Of a DNA stretch of 64,000 nucleotides, positions 26,844 through 37,095 are shown piece after piece. The stretch is from Candidatus Campbellbacteria bacterium. Lineage in GTDB: Bacteria > Patescibacteriota > Minisyncoccia > Phycocordibacterales > EsbW-18. Positions within the stretch are counted from its first letter, which is position 1. Every line of letters starts with the position of its first letter. The stretch is from positions 10,096 to 74,095 of the forward strand of contig CP064977.1 of NCBI GenBank assembly GCA_016699465.1, read 5' to 3'. The notes under the pieces are model-generated. The model saw only the letters and a list, made by a program, of their open reading frames with translations. It ran no database searches and was not told where the DNA came from. The position numbers and the translations under genes are program-made.

Positions 26844-29042
26844 CTAACACCTACTACTTTTTGGCCACAACGCTACCATAATCATATCAGTTTCTGTGTG
26901 GGGAAGTGAGCTCCAAATTTCTTCGGTGATAAATGGCATGAATGGGTGGAGTAGTTTGAGTGATGTTTTGAGAATGTGTGTTAGTGTCCACTGTGCGCTC
27001 TGTTTTATGTGTCCACCTTCCCCCATAAGTGCTGGTTTCGCTTCTTCAAGAATGATATCGGCAAACGTGTGCCAAATGTAGTGATACAGTTTTTCAGATG
27101 CGAGGTACAGACGATACGTTTCCATATCATCAGTCACCTCTTGTACGAGTGCGTCCAACTCCTTGATGCGAGAGTTATCCGCGTCGGTGAGGGTTGGTTG
27201 TTCGGTTGGTGCATCTTCAGTATTTGAAAGAATAAAACGTGTCATGTTCCACATTTTGTTTCCAAACTTTTTGTACGCCTTCACTTTTTCTTCCGAAAGG
27301 TTGCTATCGTTTCCAGGGCCAACGGCGACTATCATTGCCATGCGAAGTGAATCGGCACCATATTTTTCAATGAGGCTCAATGGATCGACAATGTTACCGA
27401 GAGATTTTGACATCTTTCGTCCTTTCTCGTCACGAACAAGGCCGTGAAGGTACACAGTACGGAAGGGAACATCGCCAAGTAAGTATCCAGACATGAGAAT
27501 CATGCGTGCAACCCAGAAAAAGAGAATGTCATACCCAGTTTCAAGAAGCGCAGTCGGGTGATACGTTTTGAAGTCGGCAGTTTCTTCGGGCCAGCCAAGT
27601 GTTGAGAATGTCCACAAACCAGATGAAAACCACGTATCAAGTGTATCTTCGTCTTGGGCCCACCCATCGCCCGTTGGTGCCTCTAGGCCAACGTATGTTT
27701 CTGAGCCCTTGTACCAAACCGGAATGCGGTGTCCGTACCAAATCTGTCGGCTGATACACCAATCACGGAGGTTATCAATCCAATGGAAATACGTTTTCTC
27801 AAATCGTTCTGGGAGAACTGTCACAGCCTTACTTTCAACAGATGCCCGCATGATGTTCTTGAGTGTGGTTTCACTTCCAGATGCGATACTAGGAATGTTT
27901 GAGTGCTTGAGAGTAAATGGTTTGGTAACGCTGATGAACCACTGCATCTTTGGAATCGGTTCAATGATGCCTCCTGAGCGTTCTGCCTTTGACACATTCT
28001 GTGTGACCGTTTCTTCTTTCTCGATGAGACCTTCTGTACGTAACCACGCGACAACATTTTCGCGTGCCTCGGTTGTTTTCTTCCCTTTGATTGTTTCATT
28101 ACCAATAACCATTTTTGCAAACTCATCAATGACTTGTATTGAAGAAAGGTTGTGACGCAGTGCGATGTCTGCATCTATTTGTGAGTGTGCGGGAGTCACA
28201 CCAAGTGCGCCAGTACCAAACTCAGGGTCAACACTTTCGTCAGCAATAATTTTGATTGAGAGTGGGGCACCTGCAAAGGTGAGGTTGTATGTTTTTCCAA
28301 TATATTCTTTGTATCGTGCGTCGTCGGGATGTACTGCCACAGCGGTATCGCCTAATTTCGTTTCTGGTCGTGTAGTTGAAATTGCAAAAGGGAAGTCTTT
28401 TGAGTATCGGAATGTGTACATCGTTGCTTGTCGTTCCTCATACACAACTTCGTCATCGGAAATCACCGTTTGACCTTTTGGATCCCAGTTCACCACCTTG
28501 TGTCCGCGATAAATGAGTCCATCGTTGTACATACGCACAAATGCTGTTTGCACGGCTTTTGTGCGAACAGTGTCGAGCGTAAAGGCTTCACGTGACCAAT
28601 CAATAGACGAACCCATTGAACGGACTTGACCCACAATGGTGTCGTGTGATTCTTGAGCAAAAGCGTTCACACGTTCAAGAAATGCTTCACGTCCTAGTTC
28701 GTGTTTCTTCACCCCTTCTTTTTCTAGTATTTTTTCAACCTTGCTTTGTGTCGCGATTGCAGCGTGGTCTGTCCCTGGAACCCAAAGAGCTTTTTTGCCA
28801 CGCATGCGTTCAAAGCGAATAATTGTGTCTTGAATTGCAAGCATGAGGGCGTGGCCTGTGTGTAGTGTTCCAGTAACATTAGGTGGAGGAAGGACTACGG
28901 AAAATGGAGTTGCGTTAGGAGATGTAATACTTTTTTCCACACATACATCAGGATTAAAATAACCACTCTTTTCCCATTTTGTATAGGTTTCTTTTTCTGT
29001 GTGTGTTGGGTCGTACGGTTTGAGGAATTTCTCGTGAGGCAT
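26844..29042 (-). CDS. valS: Valyl-tRNA synthetase (short form, lacking the C-terminal coiled coil)
   Basis: PPPNVTGTLHTGHAL (HIGH motif) and KMSKSLGN. The editing domain is present. Start is at MPHEKF. Confidence 0.9.
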   Translation of the reverse strand: MPHEKFLKPYDPTHTEKETYTKWEKSGYFNPDVCVEKSITSPNATPFSVVLPPPNVTGTLHTGHALMLAIQDTIIRFERMRGKKALWVPGTDHAAIATQSKVEKILEKEGVKKHELGREAFLERVNAFAQESHDTIVGQVRSMGSSIDWSREAFTLDTVRTKAVQTAFVRMYNDGLIYRGHKVVNWDPKGQTVISDDEVVYEERQATMYTFRYSKDFPFAISTTRPETKLGDTAVAVHPDDARYKEYIGKTYNLTFAGAPLSIKIIADESVDPEFGTGALGVTPAHSQIDADIALRHNLSSIQVIDEFAKMVIGNETIKGKKTTEARENVVAWLRTEGLIEKEETVTQNVSKAERSGGIIEPIPKMQWFISVTKPFTLKHSNIPSIASGSETTLKNIMRASVESKAVTVLPERFEKTYFHWIDNLRDWCISRQIWYGHRIPVWYKGSETYVGLEAPTGDGWAQDEDTLDTWFSSGLWTFSTLGWPEETADFKTYHPTALLETGYDILFFWVARMILMSGYLLGDVPFRTVYLHGLVRDEKGRKMSKSLGNIVDPLSLIEKYGADSLRMAMIVAVGPGNDSNLSEEKVKAYKKFGNKMWNMTRFILSNTEDAPTEQPTLTDADNSRIKELDALVQEVTDDMETYRLYLASEKLYHYIWHTFADIILEEAKPALMGEGGHIKQSAQWTLTHILKTSLKLLHPFMPFITEEIWSSLPHTETDMIMVALWPKSSRC

Positions 29043-29118
29043 ACTTGCTATTCTAGCAACAGAAGTGAAAACAGAGAAATCGAATATATACATTTACGGG
29101 AATGTAACTACACGTGTG

Positions 29119-29254
29119 GATAAAGGACACTCAGTCCTGTGAGTTCAATAAAAATAAGACGAGCATGTATAAAGGACATTTTTTGTACATAAAGGACATG
29201 CGCGACGATTGCGGCGTCCACTGGTATAAGTATGATGTCTTTTATAAAGGACAT
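29119..29254. promoter_or_regulatory. Four direct copies of TATAAAGGACAT in the divergent valS / surface-protein intergenic region
   Basis: Copies at 29119, 29168, 29188 and 29243. The first copy sits in the palindrome aggacactcagtcct. Confidence 0.5.
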
Positions 29255-29612
29255 TTACGATATGGGTTGGGTGGTTTGGTGTATTCGTTTTGCTGGTATT
29301 GCAGAATATGTGGTGTGTATTGGACAGAGATATTCGTGGGGTGTGTGATAAAAAAGTAAAAGTATTGTGATGGTAAGTATTGACTATGTTTAAAGATAGT
29401 TTTATAGCGTGATATGCGATATCTACAAATTTCAAAATAATGTCTTTAAAAAGCAATATTGACCAAAGGGTAAGTGTAAAGTAGTGTTTATATAAATTTG
29501 ATCTCTGTGGTGGAGACATTTTTAAATTGTGGAAAAAGTAGGATGAAAAGTCTTTATTAATTTTATTTGTAATTTTTAAACTTGCGTATACAGCAAGTTA
29601 TTAATCGTATAT

Positions 29613-32600
29613 ATGAATTTCATTACTAACGCATCGTATAAAACATATCGAGGTATCGGTCTTACGTTCATGGCAGCGCTCCTTATTGTTGGAGTGTTTT
29701 CTTTTAATGCACTGAATGCAAATGCACTGGTCGCACCCCTGTGTGAACCAAATAACCCAGACATTATTTACAGTGATTCAGATACACAAGTAGAAGGTGG
29801 TGGTTCTGCAGTAGCTGTTACTCCTCACTCTGTGTGGCTATCAACAGTGTCAATTCCAGGAGCGACATGGGTTTGGGATGCGGACAAGACACCCGCGAAT
29901 GATACGGGTTCAAATCCAGCAGGAACACTTACTTTCACGAGAACGTTTACTATCACAGATACTCCAACAGGAGCAACTCTTGATATAACTACAGACAATA
30001 GTTACGTTGCAACAATAAATGGTCATGCGATTGGTTCTGATGGCACCTGGCAGTCGGTTGAATCATACGTCATTCCTGCGGGCGATCTTCTATCAGGTAC
30101 AAACACACTGACGATTGTAGCAACCAACGACGGACCAGATGGGCCGGGAAATCCCGCGGGCTTGCTCTACAAGCTCACCGTGAATAGCGAAGTGTGCCCA
30201 CCAGATCTTGATTTTGGTGATGCACCAGACCCAGGACACAGCTACCCAACACGGCTTGTTTCTGACGGGGCACGACACGTGATTGTTCCTGGCGTATACC
30301 TCGGAACTCTTATTGATGCAGAGACAGATGTAGTTCCCGGGTCAGACGCACTTGAAGATGATAACTTTGGTATTGATGACGAAGATGGGGTTCTCATTAC
30401 ATCCTCTCCTGTGGCATGCCCAACCAATCACGGGTGTATCCTTGTAACGGGCACGACAGCAACTATGGAAGTAACCGCATCAGTTGCAGGATACATTGAT
30501 GCATGGGTTGATTGGAGTACGAGCGGTGTCTTCGAACCAACCGATAGGATTTTCAACAACCAGCCTGTTGTTGCAGGTCTCAACACGCTTACATTCGCCG
30601 TTCCAATTGATGGAAATGCCTCCAACTATGTTGAAAGTTTCTTGCGAGTTCGATTCCACACAACAGATGGCGCACTTCTTCCAAGCGGGCTTGCTTCTGA
30701 TGGAGAAGTGGAAGATTACCAAATTGCGATTCGCAATTGGTGTGAACCTGGACAAGAACCGGGCACTGACCCAGGATATCCATACAGTTGTATTCCAGTT
30801 CAAGCTTGCCGCGTAGATGTTGTGAGTGCAGTCGGTGACCAAGGTGTTGGCAATGGAAACGCTGTTGCAGCATGGATTCACTCTGGCTGGACCACAGCAC
30901 TCAACAGTGTTGCCACATGGATTTGGGATTCATACCAGATACAAAATCTTGCAGTAGATGAATCAAAAACATTCACGAAAGACTTCTACGTTGACGGTCC
31001 TGTCAATGACGCAACACTAAACCTTGCAGCAGACAATCGCTACTGGGTTACTATCAACGGCAATCCAATCATCTCAAACACAGGTGAATTCAACTATGGA
31101 GCAGTCACTGGTCCTACTGATGTGACAACAAACGTTGTCTCAGGATGGAATACCATTGAATTTAAGATTGAAAACATTGCAAATGGTGAATTGAACCCAG
31201 AAATAAATCCAGCTGCTGGAATCTACCAGCTTGTGGTGAATGGACGTGAAGAAGGTGTGTGTGAGCAACCACCAGCTGACGACACAACACTCACCGTCAT
31301 CAAAATGACGAACCCTGACGGATCTACACAGCCTTTTGACTTCACACTCGATAGCGAGGCATTCGCGACTCTTCAGGACAACGACGACGGCTCAGGTGCA
31401 ATACCTGTTGCAACAGGAACACACCTTCTTGCAGAAATCGGTCTTCCGGATTGGGGTCTCACTGGTTGGGAGTGTCGCAACGACGCGGAACAACTTGTGG
31501 GAACGGATATGGGTGAAAGTGGCATTGAGCTCGACTTCTCACACGGCGACGACATCACGTGTACATTCACAAACACAAAAGATGAAGCACCTTTCTGTGA
31601 AGGAAATCTCATCAAAAACGGAAGTTTTGAGGCACCGATTGTTACTGACAACGGAGGCGACTGGCAACTTTTTGCAAACCTTACTCCGGGACTTGAGTGG
31701 ATTGCAAAGCTGGTAGACACAGAAACAGATGCTCCTCTAGAGATTCAGGCAGGTTACTCAGGGTGGGTTGCGCAGAATGGTGACCAATATGCAGAACTCG
31801 ACTCAACAGCACCAACAACGATTTCTCAAAATGTTGTGACAACTCCAGGACAAGCATACAAATTAACCTACTGGCGTGCGACACGTCCCGGAACGCTTCC
31901 AGAAAACAACGCAGTATGGGTCACACAAAATGGCGAACAAATTGATAGTAACGTTTTTGGGGTAACATCAAGTAATCCTGACTGGTATATGTCTCCAGAA
32001 GTTACTTTTATTGCAACATCATCATTGACAAACCTTGCATTTAAAGATATTGGTTCGTCGGCAGATTCTCTTGGAACATTTATTGACTCAGTTTGTTTGG
32101 TTCCAACGAAGAACCCAGAACCAAAGACATGTAGCCTTGACGTCGTAAGTGATACAACAAACGTTGTTGTTGAAACAGGACTTAATGCAGTTGCAACATG
32201 GGTACACCCAGGATGGACAACATCAATTCCTGGTGCAACATGGATTTGGAAATCACTCAACGTTGAGAATCCTACAAGTGACGAAATATACACGTTCACA
32301 AAGTATTTCAACTGGACAGATACAACAAAGCTCGTAAGTGCAAATCTTGATCTTGCAACAGATAACTCATACCGCGTATGGGTCAATGATCAAGGAGTAA
32401 GTACAAGTACAGATGAAAATAACTTTAGCGCAGCAGATTCATACGATGTGAAATCACTTCTCGTGAATGGTACAAACAAGATTACTGTTGAAGTAAAGAA
32501 CTGGGCATTGGGTGGTTCTACTGCAGAAACAAATCCTGCCGGAGCACTCTACAAGCTTACACTTACTGGTGAAGATGGATCGTGTACGCCAGATCCACTT

Positions 32601-33221
32601 CCACAGTGTTCAGACGGTATCGACAACGACGAAGATGGATTCACTGACTGGCCATCAGACACAACATGCGGCGGGCCATCAGACAATGATGAGCAGGGTG
32701 GTGGTGGTGACGAACAACGCGGAACAATCATCATTAAAAAAGAGGTAACTGATGGTAGTGACAGTGATGTAAACTTCTTCTTCAACGCAACATGGTTGGG
32801 AGAAGAGGGAACATTCAGTCTCACTGGTGGCGATGAAAAGTCCTACGTTCTTGCCCCTGGTGAATACGGTGTTGATGAGGCTCAAAAGCTTGGTTGGACT
32901 CTCACGAATGAATCATGTGTGTCTGACAACCCAACTCCAACAAAGGTATTCTCTGAGATACAAACACAAATCACATCAGACATTACTCTCCACGATGGTG
33001 AAGTGGTGACATGCACCTTCATAAACGATCAAGATAAGAAAAATAATGGAGATGATGATGGTGGAGGACAAAGCAGTGGTGGTGGAGGACGCAGTCACCG
33101 AAACAGGTCTTCAAGCACAGGAGAAGTGCTTGGTGAACAAGTGCTCGGCGATCAGGTTGCCCTTGCCCCTGTTGGAGCACCAAACACAGGTTTTGGAGGA
33201 CTCAAGATGTGTTTCTACTAA
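29613..33221 (+). CDS. Large secreted cell-surface protein (1202 aa) with signal peptide, three copies of a roughly 130-aa repeat, a GEVED domain, and prealbumin/Cna-B-like beta domains
   Basis: Three repeats share W...GW....A.WIW....E..TFT..F....A.L.LA.DN.Y...ING....NPAG..Y.L.V. DFGDAPDPGHSYPT...SDGEVEDYQIAI is the GEVED signature. The C-terminus carries APNTG, 10 residues from the end. Confidence 0.8.
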   Translation: MNFITNASYKTYRGIGLTFMAALLIVGVFSFNALNANALVAPLCEPNNPDIIYSDSDTQVEGGGSAVAVTPHSVWLSTVSIPGATWVWDADKTPANDTGSNPAGTLTFTRTFTITDTPTGATLDITTDNSYVATINGHAIGSDGTWQSVESYVIPAGDLLSGTNTLTIVATNDGPDGPGNPAGLLYKLTVNSEVCPPDLDFGDAPDPGHSYPTRLVSDGARHVIVPGVYLGTLIDAETDVVPGSDALEDDNFGIDDEDGVLITSSPVACPTNHGCILVTGTTATMEVTASVAGYIDAWVDWSTSGVFEPTDRIFNNQPVVAGLNTLTFAVPIDGNASNYVESFLRVRFHTTDGALLPSGLASDGEVEDYQIAIRNWCEPGQEPGTDPGYPYSCIPVQACRVDVVSAVGDQGVGNGNAVAAWIHSGWTTALNSVATWIWDSYQIQNLAVDESKTFTKDFYVDGPVNDATLNLAADNRYWVTINGNPIISNTGEFNYGAVTGPTDVTTNVVSGWNTIEFKIENIANGELNPEINPAAGIYQLVVNGREEGVCEQPPADDTTLTVIKMTNPDGSTQPFDFTLDSEAFATLQDNDDGSGAIPVATGTHLLAEIGLPDWGLTGWECRNDAEQLVGTDMGESGIELDFSHGDDITCTFTNTKDEAPFCEGNLIKNGSFEAPIVTDNGGDWQLFANLTPGLEWIAKLVDTETDAPLEIQAGYSGWVAQNGDQYAELDSTAPTTISQNVVTTPGQAYKLTYWRATRPGTLPENNAVWVTQNGEQIDSNVFGVTSSNPDWYMSPEVTFIATSSLTNLAFKDIGSSADSLGTFIDSVCLVPTKNPEPKTCSLDVVSDTTNVVVETGLNAVATWVHPGWTTSIPGATWIWKSLNVENPTSDEIYTFTKYFNWTDTTKLVSANLDLATDNSYRVWVNDQGVSTSTDENNFSAADSYDVKSLLVNGTNKITVEVKNWALGGSTAETNPAGALYKLTLTGEDGSCTPDPLPQCSDGIDNDEDGFTDWPSDTTCGGPSDNDEQGGGGDEQRGTIIIKKEVTDGSDSDVNFFFNATWLGEEGTFSLTGGDEKSYVLAPGEYGVDEAQKLGWTLTNESCVSDNPTPTKVFSEIQTQITSDITLHDGEVVTCTFINDQDKKNNGDDDGGGQSSGGGGRSHRNRSSSTGEVLGEQVLGDQVALAPVGAPNTGFGGLKMCFY

Positions 33222-33372
33222 AAATGTAAGATACGAAGCACGGCCTCCGAAAGGGAAGCCTCGCTTCTAGAAATCAAACAAAACCCGCCATCTAGGCGGG
33301 TTTTGTGCTGTAGATACAGTATTTGGACGGGATTGACATAAACTCTAAAAAGAGTTATCATATATAACGTAT

Positions 33373-34023
33373 ATGATTTCTTTTACTCTAGAAACACACA
33401 CAAAACAACTACTCGTATCTGTAGGAATTCTAGTTCTCGTTGTTGGGTGTGGAATTCTCCTTGTCTCAAAACAAGGTGTGCAGGAGGGCCGTTTCTCAAA
33501 AAGTCTTACGAGCGATCGTGCTACATCTTCACGACCAATGTTTGATCCAGCACAACCACTTACTGAATCAGTGCCAGTACGTATCCGTATACCAAAAATA
33601 TATGTAGATACAAATTTTGTTCCGCTTGGATTACAAGACACTGGAGAAATTGAAATTCCAAAAGGATATACAGAAGTGGGATGGTATACGTATGGTCCAA
33701 CTCCCGGTGAATTAGGACCAGCAGTTGTTCTTGGGCACGTTGATTCATATGAAGGACCTGGTGTGTTTATGTCACTCGGACAACTCACACAGGGTGAGTA
33801 TGTGTACATTGATCGCGCTGATGGAACGACAGCACTATTTCGTGTAACAGCACTTGAACGATACAATAGGAATGAGTTTCCAACGAAGGATGTCTATGGT
33901 GATATAGATTTTTCTGGGTTGCGTCTTATCACGTGTTCAGGGACCTACAATCATGAGACACACGAATATGACCGAGTACTCGTGGTGTATGCGACACTTG
34001 TTGATAACGATGGTACGAAGTAG
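33373..34023 (+). CDS. Class F-like sortase (transpeptidase)
   Basis: N-terminal TM, catalytic His in VVLGHVDS, and the sortase TLxTC motif as LRLITCSG. Confidence 0.8.
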   Translation: MISFTLETHTKQLLVSVGILVLVVGCGILLVSKQGVQEGRFSKSLTSDRATSSRPMFDPAQPLTESVPVRIRIPKIYVDTNFVPLGLQDTGEIEIPKGYTEVGWYTYGPTPGELGPAVVLGHVDSYEGPGVFMSLGQLTQGEYVYIDRADGTTALFRVTALERYNRNEFPTKDVYGDIDFSGLRLITCSGTYNHETHEYDRVLVVYATLVDNDGTK

Positions 34024-34032
34024 GATATACTA

Positions 34033-35082
34033 ATGCTACATACTATGCGAAAACATCTCAAAGATTATTTTATTCCACATCAGGGCAATGATCACAAGCC
34101 ACACATGGTTCGTGATGTAAGTATTGTTGCGTTGACAACCGTGTTGGTTCTTACGTTTGGATTTTCTGTTTTTCAGGCACTGCTTATTCGTACAAGTACA
34201 GAGTTTACTGCAGCTGTTGTTCCTGCAGTACTTGTTGATTTAGCAAATAAAGATCGAGAAGGAGATGGGCTCTCTGACTTAACTGTAAGTCCTATTTTGG
34301 AAGAAGCAGCACGCATGAAAGCAGAGCACATGGCGGCGAATGAGTATTTTGCCCACACAAGTCCTGATGGTTTGAATCCCTGGTACTGGTTTTATCGAGC
34401 AGGATACAATTTTGTGAATGCTGGAGAAAATTTGGCAGTTAACTTTGTTGATTCAGGTGATGTTGAAAAAGCGTGGATGAATTCTCCAGGGCACCGTGCA
34501 AACATCATGAATGGATTGTTTACTGAAATTGGTATTGCTGCTGTTCCGGGACACTACAAAGGTAAAAAAACTATTTTTGTCGTACAACTTTTTGGAACAC
34601 CTGCACGTGTTGCTACGCCGTTAAGTGCGCAAGAACCACTGCCACAGTCAACGTTGGGAAATACTCAAGAAGTTCAAGGGGCAACAGTTGTGCAAGTTGA
34701 ATCGAACACATCGAGTGCGTCAGTACAACCAACGGAATCTGCTCCTGTGGCAACACAAGACATTTCGTTGGCTCAAGAGCGTATACCTGCACAGGGAACA
34801 AACACAGCGGGCGCATCGGCGCAAAATGAAGTAATGCCTGTGGAGCGTATAGTACATGCAAATGCGTGGGATACCTTTTTATCACAGCCACGAGCCATTG
34901 TTCGATGGGGATACATTATCATTGGACTCGCTCTCGCATTCGTTACGATGCTTATGGTGTGGTATCAGGTACATCGTAGGCACTCGCGTGAATTTTCACA
35001 CGGTATTGCACTCATTATTTTGATTGTCTTTTTGTCGTACTTCAACTACCTACTTCTTGCAAAAGAGTTACTCATTATGTAA
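34033..35082 (+). CDS. CAP/SCP (YkwD-like) domain protein with N- and C-terminal TM segments
   Basis: EEAARMKAEHMAANEYFAHTSPDG...AGENLAVNF...EKAWMNSPGHRANIMN is the CAP domain signature. Confidence 0.75.
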   Translation: MLHTMRKHLKDYFIPHQGNDHKPHMVRDVSIVALTTVLVLTFGFSVFQALLIRTSTEFTAAVVPAVLVDLANKDREGDGLSDLTVSPILEEAARMKAEHMAANEYFAHTSPDGLNPWYWFYRAGYNFVNAGENLAVNFVDSGDVEKAWMNSPGHRANIMNGLFTEIGIAAVPGHYKGKKTIFVVQLFGTPARVATPLSAQEPLPQSTLGNTQEVQGATVVQVESNTSSASVQPTESAPVATQDISLAQERIPAQGTNTAGASAQNEVMPVERIVHANAWDTFLSQPRAIVRWGYIIIGLALAFVTMLMVWYQVHRRHSREFSHGIALIILIVFLSYFNYLLLAKELLIM

Positions 35083-36342
35083 ACGTAGTGTGCCGTGTGC
35101 ACGAAGTGTGTCGTGTGCGGGTAGAAAAACTCCATACCCATTGGAGTTTTTTGTATAGGCAATATAGCCAGCAATACCTATCATAACTGCGTTGTCAGTC
35201 GAGAGTTCGTGCGTAGGGAGAAGTAGGGTAACATCAGGAAATTCTTGTGCGAGCATTTTTTTCATCTCGTCACGCAGGTAGGTGTTTGCGACAACACCGC
35301 CACCAATAATGAGTGTTGGTGCATTGTAGAGCTCGAGAGCTTTTTTTGTTTTTGCAACGAGCACTTCAATAGCGGCGTCTTCAAATTCTCTCGCAATTTC
35401 TTTTTTTTGATCATCGGAGAGTTCGCCGATTTTTTTGACAGTGTAGAGTACTGCGGTTTTGAGTCCTGCAAAAGAAAAGTCAAAATCTTCAGAATTGATC
35501 ATGGGACGAGGGAGATGAATCGCAGATGTACGCGAATCAGACGCAGATACACGCGAATTTGTATTGGTGTTTATTTGTGTTTTTTGTGCGTTCGTTCGCG
35601 AGATTTCGGCAAGAGCCGAAATCTGAGGTCCGCCAGGATAGGGAAGTCCGAGGAGACGTGCGACTTTATCAAACGCCTCTCCCACGGCGTCATCGCGTGT
35701 TTGTCCTATGAGTTCGTAGGTGCCCCAGTCGCGCACACAAACAAGTTCCGTGTGTCCACCCGACACAAGAAGCGCAACCGTAGGAAATTCTATTTTCGGA
35801 TTTCGGATTTCGGATTTCGGATTTTTTTCTCCGTTCATCAACACGGAGAGGATGTGTCCTTCCATGTGGTTAACAGGAACAAGTGGAATATTCCAAAAGA
35901 AAGAAAGTGCTTTTGCAAAACTAATACCAACCCAAAGTGCGGGTTCAAGACCGGGACCTTGTGTAACCGCTATCGCATCAAACCCAGGATTTTCAGGATG
36001 CTCTGTGAAGTATTGTTTGAGTTGAATGAGGAGCTCTGGTTCACGATCGAGGATGGAAGATAAAATGTCGAATGTGGAAGCGTCGTGTTTTTCATTTGTT
36101 ATTTGATATTTGATATTGCCCCCTGCGTTTTGAAGGGCAAGTGTAAGCATTGGTACCAAGTTGAGCTGGTGCTCCCGTTTTGCAAGGTTAGGGAAGACAC
36201 CACCAAATTCGGCGTGTTTTGAGGCCTGCGAGTAGAGTCCTGTGCCTAAAACGCTACAGGAGGGCATATGCGCCTCTCCAGAGCATTCTAGGATGCTCAC
36301 CGCTGTCTCGTCACAACTTGTTTCTATTGCTAGTATTTTCAT
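35068..36342 (-). CDS. tsaD: tRNA N6-adenosine threonylcarbamoyltransferase TsaD with low-complexity insertions
   Basis: MKILAIETSCDETAVSI, LNLVPMLTLA and GGVAAN-like motifs. The 424-aa length is explained by inserts encoding NSRVSASDSRTSA and KNPKSEIRNPKIE. Confidence 0.9.
   Translation of the reverse strand: MKILAIETSCDETAVSILECSGEAHMPSCSVLGTGLYSQASKHAEFGGVFPNLAKREHQLNLVPMLTLALQNAGGNIKYQITNEKHDASTFDILSSILDREPELLIQLKQYFTEHPENPGFDAIAVTQGPGLEPALWVGISFAKALSFFWNIPLVPVNHMEGHILSVLMNGEKNPKSEIRNPKIEFPTVALLVSGGHTELVCVRDWGTYELIGQTRDDAVGEAFDKVARLLGLPYPGGPQISALAEISRTNAQKTQINTNTNSRVSASDSRTSAIHLPRPMINSEDFDFSFAGLKTAVLYTVKKIGELSDDQKKEIAREFEDAAIEVLVAKTKKALELYNAPTLIIGGGVVANTYLRDEMKKMLAQEFPDVTLLLPTHELSTDNAVMIGIAGYIAYTKNSNGYGVFLPAHDTLRAHGTLRLHNE
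35800..35830. repeat. Heptanucleotide microsatellite (atttcgg x4) inside the tsaD coding insert
   Basis: ggatttcggatttcggatttcggattttt, read directly. Confidence 0.8.
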
Positions 36343-36483
36343 GCGGGCGGTCTCGTGTTAGAACCAAAGTCGGACAAGACCAGTAAGGTTATTTTAGCAC
36401 TTTTTCAGAAACTAAATCGACGCGTCTCGTGCGGACTAAAAAGTGACAAAAGTTACACTACTTGGGGTATATAAAGTTACACC

Positions 36484-37095
36484 CTACTGTAACTTTATAA
36501 CTTTAAATGAACCTGTGTTATTTCTATCTCTGCCAGAATAGTATTCTGTTTCAAGGCTATTTTCATCAGTAAGTTTGGCTGTCGCAGATCCATAGTGAAT
36601 ATGCATAGTCTCAGGCGCACTATCCTTTGGGACATTCATATACTGATAATGAATTCTGGCTGTATCAAATTGATCCACATTCATTGATGTCTCAAAACTA
36701 TGAGATTCCGATGTCTCTGTTTCTAGGTAAATACTGACATGTGTCCATGTTTGTTTAATACAAAACTTTTTTGTTGGTATCGGTCCTTTTGAGTAAACAG
36801 AAGCCGAGTTTATTTCACCCGACCATGAGCCATCAACTATAGGCGTTCTAATTCCAAGTAGCTTACGAATATGTTTGTTTCTCCAAAGCTTAGTATCAAA
36901 CCATTTATACAGAATTCCGTAGAACCCTATTACTGATGGCGCTTCTATCCACCAAGGCAGGGATATTACGTTCTTGGAGAATAAATACAGCCCCCAAGCA
37001 AGCAATATTGCAAATACTGCCAAGTAGAAAGATGCCTTTTTATGTTCTTCTGAATTTATTGAATATGGGTGCATATAGATTATCTTTCGTACCAA
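36484..37095 (-). CDS. 2TM beta-strand-rich effector-like membrane protein (S-2TMbeta-like), overlapping the SMODS gene by 16 nt
   Basis: Two N-terminal TM helices (FYLAVFAILLAWGLYLF, WWIEAPSVIGFYGILYKWF), then a beta-rich soluble domain. Translational coupling with the upstream cyclase. Confidence 0.5.
   Translation of the reverse strand: MVRKIIYMHPYSINSEEHKKASFYLAVFAILLAWGLYLFSKNVISLPWWIEAPSVIGFYGILYKWFDTKLWRNKHIRKLLGIRTPIVDGSWSGEINSASVYSKGPIPTKKFCIKQTWTHVSIYLETETSESHSFETSMNVDQFDTARIHYQYMNVPKDSAPETMHIHYGSATAKLTDENSLETEYYSGRDRNNTGSFKVIKLQ

Noticed and set aside
30093-32885. Numerous 60 to 170-aa ORFs inside the surface-protein gene on both strands
   Set aside because: Embedded in a long, repeat-rich coding frame with clear domain structure.
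33180-33221. Canonical LPXTG sorting signal at the C-terminus of the surface protein
   Set aside because: Only APNTG is present, with a 10-aa tail and no TM segment. Retained as a caveat in the sortase finding rather than a feature.
35245-36063. 272-aa plus-strand ORF antisense to tsaD
   Set aside because: tsaD motifs are unambiguous on the minus strand. The antisense frame is an artefact of low-complexity repeats.
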